A DNA stretch of 64,000 nucleotides from an uncultured Acidobacteriota bacterium. Its GTDB lineage: Bacteria; Actinomycetota; Acidimicrobiia; Spongiisociales; ZC4RG35. The notes beneath the pieces are model-generated. The model searched no databases. It saw nothing but the letters and a program-made list of their open reading frames with translations, and was not told the DNA's origin. Positions 48,006-56,413 of this stretch are shown one piece after another. A program made the translations under genes and the position numbers. Position 1 is the stretch's first letter; every line of letters begins with the position of its first letter. The stretch lies in contig CAVRXA010000026.1 of the NCBI GenBank assembly GCA_963725075.1, positions 110,288-174,287 on the forward strand, written 5' to 3'.

Positions 48006-49641
48006 CGATGACCATCCCGAGACCGAGGAACAGCAGATACACGGCCAGGCCCCCGGCGATGAACACCCAACGCTGCCAGGCAGGGATCGTGCTCTTACCG
48101 AAGATGTAATAGGCCACCACGCCGAGGAAAGGGATGATCAGGATCGCCGCCATCCATGCGATCGTCTTGCCGCGGCCGAGGTCTTCTCTCCGCGCCAGGT
48201 CCAATAGCGCCAGGACCACCCAGGAGGTGTAGAGGACCAGGGGCAGGACGTAGGCGTACAGCCCGAAGAACACTCCGGCGGCCGAGGCGAAGCTCACACC
48301 CATGACATTGATTCCTTTCTGCTGGGTGACTTCCAAATCCGACGGCATCTCGGGGATGCCGATGCTCTCGATATCGGGCCGTGATCCGGCGAATACGTCG
48401 ACTGCCGGCGTGACGGGCGCGTCGGCGCCCTCCGGCATGTTCGGCTGCGGCCCGGGATGGGGCAGTGAGGCGATGTCGACGTGGGGCTGGAGGTCCAGCC
48501 CGCTCTCGAAGAGACGGCCCAGTTGCGCGGTGGTCGACCCGATCTCGAACAACGCGGGGAAACGAAGACCCTCGCATGGTTGCTTGATCTCGAGGGCCGG
48601 CGGGAGCGACGTCGAGAACACGTTGTCCTCGAAGCAGTTGCCCGATGTCGCCGGGCCGCCCAACGTCAGATCGGCAAGACCCGACCCCTCGACGACGTTC
48701 TCAACGACTTCGTGGTCGTAAGACATGTAGAAGTTGTCGTCGAGCATTGGGAATATGGCGATGCCGCTCTGCGGGTGGTTGAACACACGGTTCCGCGCCA
48801 CATAGGAGTCTCCGCCTCCGGCGAGGAGGATGCCGTTGCCCTGCGCCGCCCACTCGAAGGCCAGAGCGGGGGCGTCGACATTCCCGTTGTCGTGCACCAG
48901 ATTGCCCACCACTGTCACGTTGTGGAACGGCGGCAACAACTCTCCGTCGAGGGTGTTGGGGGCGACCCCGGCGACGTTGTGACGGAAGATCGAATTGACG
49001 ATGTAGAGGTCGGAGGAGGCGTTGGTGCCCGAGTAGCCCAGACCGTTCCACTCCGAGATCGAGTCGGTGATGGTGGCCTGGCACGGGTCGCATTGCCCGA
49101 TGTAGAAACCTGCGTCGGGTGAGCCCGATGCGTAGGAATGATCGAAGAGACCGTCGCCGGAGTCGAAGGCGTAAATCCCGTAGACGGCGTTGTTGACCGC
49201 GGTCAGATACGACCCCCGGTAGCCGCGGACGCTGCTCCAGAAGAATCCGTTGGAGGTGTTGTTGATGGCAGTCATGTTCTCCACCACGACCCCGTCGGCG
49301 GCAAGGACACTCACGCCGTTGGGCCGCTGGAACTCGCCATCGATCACCACCTCGTTCCGATCGACTCCACGCAGAGTCAACCCAGGTGTGGTGACCTGGA
49401 CCTGCTCGCGATAGGTGCCGCGGTCGATCAAGATCAGGTCGCCGGGCGCGGCGGCGTCCACCGCCGCCTGGATCGTCGGATAGTCCTGGGGGACGAGTCT
49501 GGTCTCCCCCGACCACTCGGAGGGTGAATCAGTTGCCGGGTCACCGACGGCAGCGGGGGACGGCTCGCCTTCCGGTGGCCCGGCGCAGGCTGCGAAGGTG
49601 AGGGCGATTCCCGCAATCAGCAGGAGCCGGCCCTTCTTCAT
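47992..49641 (-). CDS. lipoprotein with right-handed beta-helix (NosD-like) domain and C-terminal PLDc_N-type membrane domain
   Basis: Lipobox LTFAAC, repetitive beta-helix-like N/G-rich segments, and a C-terminal 3-TM region with WMAAILIIPFLGVVAYYIFG. Confidence 0.6.
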   Translation of the reverse strand: MKKGRLLLIAGIALTFAACAGPPEGEPSPAAVGDPATDSPSEWSGETRLVPQDYPTIQAAVDAAAPGDLILIDRGTYREQVQVTTPGLTLRGVDRNEVVIDGEFQRPNGVSVLAADGVVVENMTAINNTSNGFFWSSVRGYRGSYLTAVNNAVYGIYAFDSGDGLFDHSYASGSPDAGFYIGQCDPCQATITDSISEWNGLGYSGTNASSDLYIVNSIFRHNVAGVAPNTLDGELLPPFHNVTVVGNLVHDNGNVDAPALAFEWAAQGNGILLAGGGDSYVARNRVFNHPQSGIAIFPMLDDNFYMSYDHEVVENVVEGSGLADLTLGGPATSGNCFEDNVFSTSLPPALEIKQPCEGLRFPALFEIGSTTAQLGRLFESGLDLQPHVDIASLPHPGPQPNMPEGADAPVTPAVDVFAGSRPDIESIGIPEMPSDLEVTQQKGINVMGVSFASAAGVFFGLYAYVLPLVLYTSWVVLALLDLARREDLGRGKTIAWMAAILIIPFLGVVAYYIFGKSTIPAWQRWVFIAGGLAVYLLFLGLGMVIGGIV

Positions 49642-50013
49642 TCGCCGGCCGGCCCCACGACGAGAGTGCCGGACATCCCATCTCCGTCGGCATTCCCATG
49701 GAAGGTGCAGAAGAAGACGTACTCGCCTGCCTCGTCGAAGGTCAGAACAGCCTCATCGCCCTCGAGTTGCTCGAGACTGCCGAACACGTCCTCGGTTGAC
49801 CAGGAGCCGTCGGCGGCGACCGCGTTGTGGGGATTGCGGCCAGCCCCGACAAAGGTGACCGTCCCGCCGACAGTCACATTGACCTCGGTGAACTCGTACC
49901 GGTTGTCGAACATGTCGACCACGACGTCATCCCCGGACACCGGCTCGCCCTCGCCGCCCCCTCCGCCGCAGGCGACGACAGCAAGCGGAGAGCCCGATCA
50001 AAGAGCGGCGCAT
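49638..50013 (-). pseudogene. cupredoxin (plastocyanin/azurin-like) lipoprotein with +1 break inside the signal peptide
   Basis: The cupredoxin body ends with the copper-ligand motif CTFHGNADGDGM. The ATG at 50013 encodes MRRSLIGLS, but the lipobox LAVVACGGGGG is in the +1 frame, and that frame has a TGA upstream with no alternative start. Confidence 0.65.
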
Positions 50014-50014
50014 C

Positions 50015-50572
50015 CTACTTCTCCCCTCGTCCGAACAGACCGGTGAACCAGCTCCACAGCGAAGCGAAGAACAGGGAAATCCCCTGCACCTCGCCCGCTT
50101 CTATGGTCGACGCCTCAGCCACGGTCTCGGCGCCGAGTTTGCCCTCGAGACACTGGACGAACTCACCGATCAGGCGCTTCGACATCTCGTTGATGAGACC
50201 GGTGCGGCCGAACTGGGCGACAGGCCCGGACAGCGTCACGTCGGCGTCGATCCCGACCTTCGAACCGGAGCCTTCGGGTGCGATCTGATACGACACCTTG
50301 ACCTGGCCCCGGGAGCCACCGCTTCGGTCAACCCCCTTCCCCTCGATCACGGCGCTCTTGGACCCGGGATCCGGGGTGACCGTCGCCTTCCCCTCGAAGG
50401 ACGCCGCCATCGGACCCAGCTTCACTGAGAGCTTCCCGTCGTAGGAGCCATCGTCGGACCGGCCCTGCAGCTCCGCCCCGGGCAGGCACTGTGCTACCGA
50501 GGGGATGTCCTGGAAGAACTCCCAGACCCGGTCGGGGGCGCGGCCCACCGTGAACTCGTGCTCGATCTTCAT
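50015..50572 (-). CDS. SRPBCC / CoxG family protein
   Basis: MKIEHEFTVGRAPDRVWEFFQDIPSVAQCLPGAEL is a typical CoxG start. Length 185 aa. Confidence 0.75.
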   Translation of the reverse strand: MKIEHEFTVGRAPDRVWEFFQDIPSVAQCLPGAELQGRSDDGSYDGKLSVKLGPMAASFEGKATVTPDPGSKSAVIEGKGVDRSGGSRGQVKVSYQIAPEGSGSKVGIDADVTLSGPVAQFGRTGLINEMSKRLIGEFVQCLEGKLGAETVAEASTIEAGEVQGISLFFASLWSWFTGLFGRGEK

Positions 50573-50629
50573 CGTCCTCCTGCAGCCTGAAGCGGGGACG
50601 AACGGTAGTGACCGCCGGGGCTGTATCCC

Positions 50630-51109
50630 CTAACGGTGCTCGGTGTCGCCGGCGAGGAGATCTAGAGCGTGCGGCACGAGGTCCAGGATGGCCTCCAACC
50701 CCTCCACCGATCCCTTCGTGGACCCGGGCAGGTTGACCACGAGTGTCGATCCGATCGACCCGGCCTTGGCCCTGGAGAGTGCTGCCATTGGGGTCGATTC
50801 GAGACCCCTCGACATCATCACATGCGTCAGTCCAGGCGCCTCCCGTTCCAACACCAGGGCGGTGGCCTCGGGAGTCACGTCCCGCGGTCCGAAACCGGTG
50901 CCGCCCGTGGTGAGCACCAATCTGGCTACCGACGCAGCGTCGTGTATGGCCGAGACGATGGCTTTCTCCTCATCGGGGACGATTGTGCGCCCAACGATGA
51001 AGCCGGCATCGGACAGGATCCGGGTCAGGGCTTCACCGGACAGGTCGTCCCGAACTCCGGCGGCGACACCGTCGCTCACCGTGATCACGTGGGCGGTTGT
51101 GGCCTTCAA
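50630..51109 (-). CDS. mog: molybdenum cofactor biosynthesis protein MogA/MoaB family
   Basis: TVSDG...DLSG, TTGGTGFGPRDVTPEA and LPGSTKG motifs. The proposed TTG start at 51109 overlaps the upstream stop (TTGA). Confidence 0.8.
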   Translation of the reverse strand: MKATTAHVITVSDGVAAGVRDDLSGEALTRILSDAGFIVGRTIVPDEEKAIVSAIHDAASVARLVLTTGGTGFGPRDVTPEATALVLEREAPGLTHVMMSRGLESTPMAALSRAKAGSIGSTLVVNLPGSTKGSVEGLEAILDLVPHALDLLAGDTEHR

Positions 51110-51951
51110 CCCCAGAGGAGGGGGTTGACCGACACTCCGCCACGGAGCACGAGTTGCTCGAAGAGGAGGATCACGACCAGGGTTGCCCCCAGTCCCCAGG
51201 GCCATGGCGTCTCTCGAAGGTCTTCGGGACCGTGGACGGTCGTAGTGCCGTGCGCGGCCGCGAGCGTCGCCAGGAAGATCACCGCGGTCAGAGGGAGTGC
51301 CGGCACCACGCCGCTCCCGGCGTCGGGCACAAAGAACGGGATGGATAGGAACACCGCGGCGATGGCCGGTACGAGGGCAATCCAGAACGCGAAGGTGACG
51401 CGCTTTCTCCCCGTGGAGATCATCTTGTCGTGTGGTGTGAAGGCGAGGAAGGCAGCTGCCGCTGAAAGCGCCACCAGAAGGAGGCCGATCGCACCCCCGG
51501 CGGACAACACGTATTCGAGCCCGGCCGGCGCGTCGAGAGTCTGATAGGCAAGCGCGAGCGGGCTATCGGCATCGAACGGCACCATGACTGCCTGGACGAA
51601 GGCCTGCCTGAGCAGATGGAGGACCGTCCACAGCAGGGTCAGGCGTGCCACTCCATGGCCACGCGCCGTGGGATAGGAGAAGAGGGCGAGGAAGCCGACA
51701 ATCAGGCAGAGAAGGAAGCCGCCAGCCCAGACGAGGTCTGAGGAGACGCCCGTGACCTCCACCCGGTTGTTGTAGATGACTGCGTTGCCACCCAGGATCA
51801 AGGCCATGATGCCGTCACCGAGGTCATCGACGAATTGCGCGACGACGATCCCCAGCGTCGACCCCAGGGCCGATGCCACAACGAGGGAAGGGCCGATTCT
51901 CTTGATTGTCTCGGTCGTCAGTGGTCCCGAGACGGTTACTTCACCAGTCAC
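51106..51951 (-). CDS. hypothetical polytopic membrane protein
   Basis: 281-aa ORF with about 7 hydrophobic helices. No recognisable family. Confidence 0.55.
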   Translation of the reverse strand: MTGEVTVSGPLTTETIKRIGPSLVVASALGSTLGIVVAQFVDDLGDGIMALILGGNAVIYNNRVEVTGVSSDLVWAGGFLLCLIVGFLALFSYPTARGHGVARLTLLWTVLHLLRQAFVQAVMVPFDADSPLALAYQTLDAPAGLEYVLSAGGAIGLLLVALSAAAAFLAFTPHDKMISTGRKRVTFAFWIALVPAIAAVFLSIPFFVPDAGSGVVPALPLTAVIFLATLAAAHGTTTVHGPEDLRETPWPWGLGATLVVILLFEQLVLRGGVSVNPLLWG

Positions 51952-52017
51952 AAACGGTCATCCTAAACGAGGGTCATATGCACGATCAGGTAGGTAATCG
52001 GCAGGTAATCGAGGCTT

Positions 52018-52272
52018 CTAAATGGCGAGGATGAGAGTTCCGATCATCCATATCACCAGCAATCCGATCGAGACGAGGAGGACCGGCGCGGTCCTTCGCC
52101 AATTGAGACCTGACCAAATCGCGATAAGCGCCAAACCTGCAGCCATCGCGATGCTCCACCACGGTGGTACCAGGCCGGCGACGGCCGCGCCGACTATCAG
52201 GATCGCCACCACAGTCAGGAACCCGGCGGCAACCAGGGCATAGAGGACCTGTCTCGGGCTCGGCTCACTCAC
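52018..52272 (-). CDS. small 3-TM membrane protein
   Basis: The GTG at 52272 overlaps the mug stop (GTGA). The protein is hydrophobic and 84 aa long. Confidence 0.5.
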   Translation of the reverse strand: MSEPSPRQVLYALVAAGFLTVVAILIVGAAVAGLVPPWWSIAMAAGLALIAIWSGLNWRRTAPVLLVSIGLLVIWMIGTLILAI

Positions 52273-52832
52273 AACAGTCCCGCCGCTTCTCCAACCCGGC
52301 GATACCACTGGCCGAGAGACTCGATCGTCTCGTGAGCGTTCAACCCACTCGGGTTGGGCACAACCCACAATCGAGCATCGGCGATCGCCTCCGGTTGCTC
52401 TCCGAGGACCGCCCGGGGTCGTTCGAATGCGCTGCGATAGGCCGTGAGGCCGGCAACCGCCACCACCACCGGCTTCACCTCGGCCACGACGGTCGCCAGG
52501 CGTCCCGCCCCCTCACGCAGCTCGGCTCTGCCCAACTCCGATGCCCGAACCGTCGCCCTTCGGACGAGGTTGGTGATCCCGATCCCGCTCCTCTCCAAAC
52601 GCTCCTTCTCCTCCGGGCTCATCCCCGTAGATGTGTCGATCGACCAGTCGATGAGCCCGGCCTCGCGCAAGGCCGGGTAGAAGCGGTTGGAGGGATGACA
52701 GAAATGAGTATTCGTCGCTGCCGTCCACAACCCGGGGTTGATTCCGACGAATAGCAGTCGGACATGAGGACCGAGAAGGTCGTCAACGGTCTTGCCGTGG
52801 AAAGCGGCCAGTTGCTCCCTGGTGAAACCCAT
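52269..52832 (-). CDS. mug: mismatch-specific uracil-DNA glycosylase (family 2, Mug/TDG-like)
   Basis: FVGINPGLWTA and VVPNPSGLNAH motifs. Length 187 aa. Confidence 0.82.
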   Translation of the reverse strand: MGFTREQLAAFHGKTVDDLLGPHVRLLFVGINPGLWTAATNTHFCHPSNRFYPALREAGLIDWSIDTSTGMSPEEKERLERSGIGITNLVRRATVRASELGRAELREGAGRLATVVAEVKPVVVAVAGLTAYRSAFERPRAVLGEQPEAIADARLWVVPNPSGLNAHETIESLGQWYRRVGEAAGLL

Positions 52833-52847
52833 CGAGCGCAGTGACCC

Positions 52848-53770
52848 TCAGCCCGCCGGGAGCCAGGGAGGTGGGGGCGCGTCGATTCGAGACAGCTTGG
52901 AGGAAACCGGGCCGAAACGGTCCAGGTCGTGTTCCTGCCACGCCTTCCAGGCGCTGGTGATCTCCTCCTTGCTCCGGGCGACGAAGTTCCACCACATCTC
53001 GATCGGCTCGCCCAGGGGCTCACCGCCGAGGACCAGGAACCGGGTCTCGTCGCCGGCCCCCTCGATCGGGAGAGTCTCGGCGCCGGCAGGCACCAGGGCG
53101 AGCCATCCCGGCTCGACGATGGCGTCCTCCACCTTCAACTTGTGGTCGATCGGGATCACGGCGTACTCGAAACCAGCATCGGCAGGGATCTCGATCCTCT
53201 GCCCGTGGAGGGTGACATCGAGGCCGACCGTTGCCCAGTCGACCTCGGCAGGCGACCGATTTCCGTCGAGCTCGCCGATCATGACCTTCACCTCGGCGGC
53301 AGGGAAGTCCGCCACCGGCAGATCCGGGATGTGCTCGAATCTGGAGCTTCCGTGTCTCGTCCCTTCGGGCTGGGCCAGCCACATCTGCACCCCGTGGATC
53401 CCTTCCGTGGTCCCCAGCTCGGCGTGCGCGATCCCGTTGCCTGCCGACATCAGGTTCAGCTGCCCGGGCCTGATCGCTGCTCACTGCCCAGGGAGTCGGT
53501 GTGCAGAGCTTCGCCCTCGAGCAGCCACGTAACCGTCGACAGACCGGTGTGGGGATGGGGACCGACCTCCAAGGGATGAGGATCGTCGAAGTCGGGGGGC
53601 AGAATCAGGTCTACGAAGCACCACGGGCCCACGGTCCTCCGCCCCTTGGTGGGCAGGACCCTGCTGATCGGCACACCGCCGACCGTGGTCGAACGGCCCT
53701 CACGGACATCGATGCGAGCCAGAGGTCCCTGTTGGACCGTGGCGTCGACGGGTTGGACCGGCCCGCTCAA
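52848..53770 (-). pseudogene. pirin family protein with one frame break near 53475
   Basis: The N-terminal ORF ends HPHTGLSTVTWLLEGEALHTDSLGSEQ+RSGPGS*. The shifted frame continues IRPGQLNLMSAGNGIAHAE..., the canonical pirin continuation. Confidence 0.75.
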
Positions 53771-53797
53771 CGGCGCTCCCCGAATCGCGGAGTCGAT

Positions 53798-54412
53798 CTA
53801 CTTCTTCTGGCTCTGGTAGTAGGGGTCTTCACCAGACGCATGATCGGTGACGTCGACGACCTGGGTCAGGGCGGGGATGGACTCGAGGAGTATTCGCTCG
53901 ATGCCCTGCTTGAGGGTGACCTGGGCGAGACCGCAACCCTGGCAACCGCCGAAGAGGCGCAGATAGGCAATGGTGCCGTCGACGGATACCAACTCGGCAC
54001 CACCGCCGTGGGCCGCTATCGCCGGGTTCACCTGTTCCTTGATCACCTGCTGCACCTGGTCTACGAGTGGACCGGACAGGTCGCCTCCGGGAGCCGACAT
54101 CGGAGGCGGTGCCGGGCTGTTCGGGTTGTTCATCGACAGACCCTGATCGGTCAGCTCGAGAGCTGCGCCGTCGAGCTTCTCCGTGTCGTCCTCGGGGAAG
54201 ATCAGGGCCAGGCCGTCATGTCTCTCCGTGACCCAGCCCTCTTTCTTGTCGTCGAGGGCGACGAAGGCGAGCTCGTAGGTGAACTGAGGGCCCCGGAACC
54301 CGGTCACCTCGATGGAGAGGGCGAACTCCCCGTCCCCCGGCTCCTGATCCCTCAACTGGAGGATCATGTCCAGGGCATCGGGCGCGACGCTGAGAACGGT
54401 GTCTTCTGACAT
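53798..54412 (-). CDS. NfuA-like Fe-S cluster carrier (A-type-scaffold-like N-domain plus Nfu C-domain)
   Basis: C-terminal GGCQGCG motif and the IKEQVNPAIAAHGGGAELV Nfu block. ATG at 54412. Confidence 0.75.
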   Translation of the reverse strand: MSEDTVLSVAPDALDMILQLRDQEPGDGEFALSIEVTGFRGPQFTYELAFVALDDKKEGWVTERHDGLALIFPEDDTEKLDGAALELTDQGLSMNNPNSPAPPPMSAPGGDLSGPLVDQVQQVIKEQVNPAIAAHGGGAELVSVDGTIAYLRLFGGCQGCGLAQVTLKQGIERILLESIPALTQVVDVTDHASGEDPYYQSQKK

Positions 54413-54420
54413 CTGTAAGG

Positions 54421-55650
54421 ATGGTACCTGGTCCCACGACCCAATCCACATGCCCACTGCTGATCGTCCTCCTCCCCAGCACCACCTATCGCGCAGCTGA
54501 CTTCGTGCGCGCCGCCGAAGGGCTCGGCGTCGACCTGATAGTCGCCTCGGAGAACCCGCCGCCTTTCGACATGGGTGACCGCTATCTCCAGGTCGATTGC
54601 TCGGATCCGGACCTCGCGGCCGAGGCGATCGTCCGCATCGGTGATGACGCCCCGATCGACGGCGTCGTGGCCGCCGACGATGCCGGAGTGGTGGCCGCCG
54701 CCATCGCCGGCAGAAAGCTGGGCGTCCGGGCCAACGAGCCCGAGGCTGCCGCCGCCACCCGGGACAAAGGCCGGCAACGCGCCCTGCTTCGGGCCGCCGA
54801 GGTGCCCCAGCCGAGGTTCGAAACGATCTCTCCCGGAGAGGACGGAGTGCAGGCCGCAGCGAGCGTTGGCTACCCCCTCGTGATCAAGCCTTTGGACCGG
54901 GCCGCCGGGCAGGGGGTGATGCGGGTCGACCAAGACTCTGACCTCTCGACGGCAATGACGCGAGTGCGCTCCATTGTCGGCGATAACGCTCCCCTCCTCG
55001 TCGAGGAGTTCATGCCAGGGGACGAGGTGGCGCTGGAGGGCCTGGTACGAGATGGGGAATTGACCACGCTCGCCCTCTTCGACAAGCCCGACGCCGTGGA
55101 AGGGCCTTTCTTCCCGGAGACGATCCTCGTCACCCCGAGTCGTCTCGACGAGAAGACCCAGGCTGAATGCCGCCGGGTATCAGCATCGGCGCTGGCCGCC
55201 ATCGGCATCAGCCACGGCCCGGTGCACGTCGAGATGAAGGTGGATGGCCCCCTGGTCCGTGTCATCGAGGTCGCGGCCAGATCGATCGGTGGCCTTTGCT
55301 CACGAAGCTTGAACTTCGGGTTGCTCGGCACCACCTTGGAGACACTGATCCTGCGCAACGCGATCGGCATGGAGAAGCCCGAGCTGCGTCGGGAGCCGAT
55401 CGCCAGTGGAGTGCTCATGATCCCGATCCCGCGATCGGGGACCTTCATCGGCATCGACGGACTGGACCAGGTGCGTGAGCTCGAGCTGATCTCCGCTATC
55501 GACATCACGGCCACTCCGGGTAGCCAGGTGCAACCTCCGCCGGAGGGCGACCGGTACCTCGGTTTCGTCTTCGCCAAGGGCCAGGATCGGGAGACAGTCG
55601 AGGCCTCGCTGCGTCAAGCGCGGGACCTCATCAGCGTGGAGGTCGAATGA
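54421..55650 (+). CDS. ATP-grasp domain protein (amino-acid/carboxylate ligase-like)
   Basis: Pre-ATP-grasp N-domain, then PLVIKPLDRAAGQGV, VEEFMPGDEVALEG and VHVEMK..VIEVAARSIGG blocks. Length 409 aa. Confidence 0.7.
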   Translation: MVPGPTTQSTCPLLIVLLPSTTYRAADFVRAAEGLGVDLIVASENPPPFDMGDRYLQVDCSDPDLAAEAIVRIGDDAPIDGVVAADDAGVVAAAIAGRKLGVRANEPEAAAATRDKGRQRALLRAAEVPQPRFETISPGEDGVQAAASVGYPLVIKPLDRAAGQGVMRVDQDSDLSTAMTRVRSIVGDNAPLLVEEFMPGDEVALEGLVRDGELTTLALFDKPDAVEGPFFPETILVTPSRLDEKTQAECRRVSASALAAIGISHGPVHVEMKVDGPLVRVIEVAARSIGGLCSRSLNFGLLGTTLETLILRNAIGMEKPELRREPIASGVLMIPIPRSGTFIGIDGLDQVRELELISAIDITATPGSQVQPPPEGDRYLGFVFAKGQDRETVEASLRQARDLISVEVE

Positions 55651-55660
55651 CCGGCCCAAT

Positions 55661-55687
55661 GACCCTCACTGCCGAGGGACCGTTTTG
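55661..55687 (+). terminator. weak hairpin plus T-run after the ATP-grasp gene
   Basis: CCCTC-ACTGCC-GAGGG followed by ACCGTTTTG. Confidence 0.3.
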
Positions 55688-55737
55688 CCCAATGCCGGTA
55701 GCTCCGCCGAGCTTCAACCTCTACTTGACGGTTAGTG

Positions 55738-55770
55738 CTTACCCGCGAAAGCGCGCGTAAGACGATTTTG
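55738..55770 (+). terminator. hairpin plus T-run (terminator or attenuator-like) ending 6 nt before the next start codon
   Basis: CTTACCCGCG-AAA-GCGCGCGTAAG followed by ACGATTTTG. The ATG is at 55776. Confidence 0.35.
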
Positions 55771-55775
55771 TCATT

Positions 55776-56400
55776 ATGGACACCATTCTGATCTTCGCCG
55801 GTGGTGACCTCCCCGATGCCGGAATCGCCGAGGAGCTCCCCTCCGCCGACCTGGTGGTGGCCGCCGACAGTGGCTACGACGCCGCCGAGCATCTCGGGTT
55901 CCGGGTGGATGTGCTGGTCGGCGATCTCGACTCTGTCGAGACGGCGCCCATCCCCCGACATGTCATCGTTGAGCGCCATCCCGTCGACAAGGATCAGACC
56001 GACCTCGACCTGGCTCTCGAGCTGGCGGTCCGCGAGGATCCCTCACGGGTGGTGGTCATAGGCGGCGCAGGGGGCAGGTTCGACCACGAGATGTCGACGG
56101 TGGGGCTCCTTTGCTCTGATCGCTGGTCGGTCATCGACGAGCTCGACTGGGTCTCGTCACGCAGTCGCGCCTATGTCCTGCGCCGACGACGGATCCTGCA
56201 CGGCGATGTGGGCGCACTGGTCAGCCTCATCCCGGTGGGTGGCCCGGTCACCGGGCTCACCACCAACGGGCTCCAATGGGAGCTCGACGGGGACACCTTC
56301 GACGCCGGGAACGACCAGAGGGGTGAGCAATGTGATGCGGGCCCCTGTGGCCGATATCAGGATCGACTCGGGGTGCCTCCTCGTCGTGTTCCCGACCTAG
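55776..56400 (+). pseudogene. thiamine pyrophosphokinase with one +1 frame break near 56306-56318
   Basis: The N-terminal ILIFAGGD, VGDLDS and KDQTDLDLAL motifs are intact. After LQWELDGDTFDAG the sense continues in ORF 56173..56400 as TRGVSNVMRAPVADIRIDSGCLLVVFPT, which is the canonical TPK C-terminus. Confidence 0.75.
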
Positions 56401-56413
56401 AGGCTTCGGCCGG

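Noticed and set aside
55651-55775. TPP riboswitch upstream of thiamine pyrophosphokinase
   Set aside because: Neither strand contains the conserved CUGAGA and ACCUGAUCUGGAUAAUGCCAGCG-like THI-box elements.
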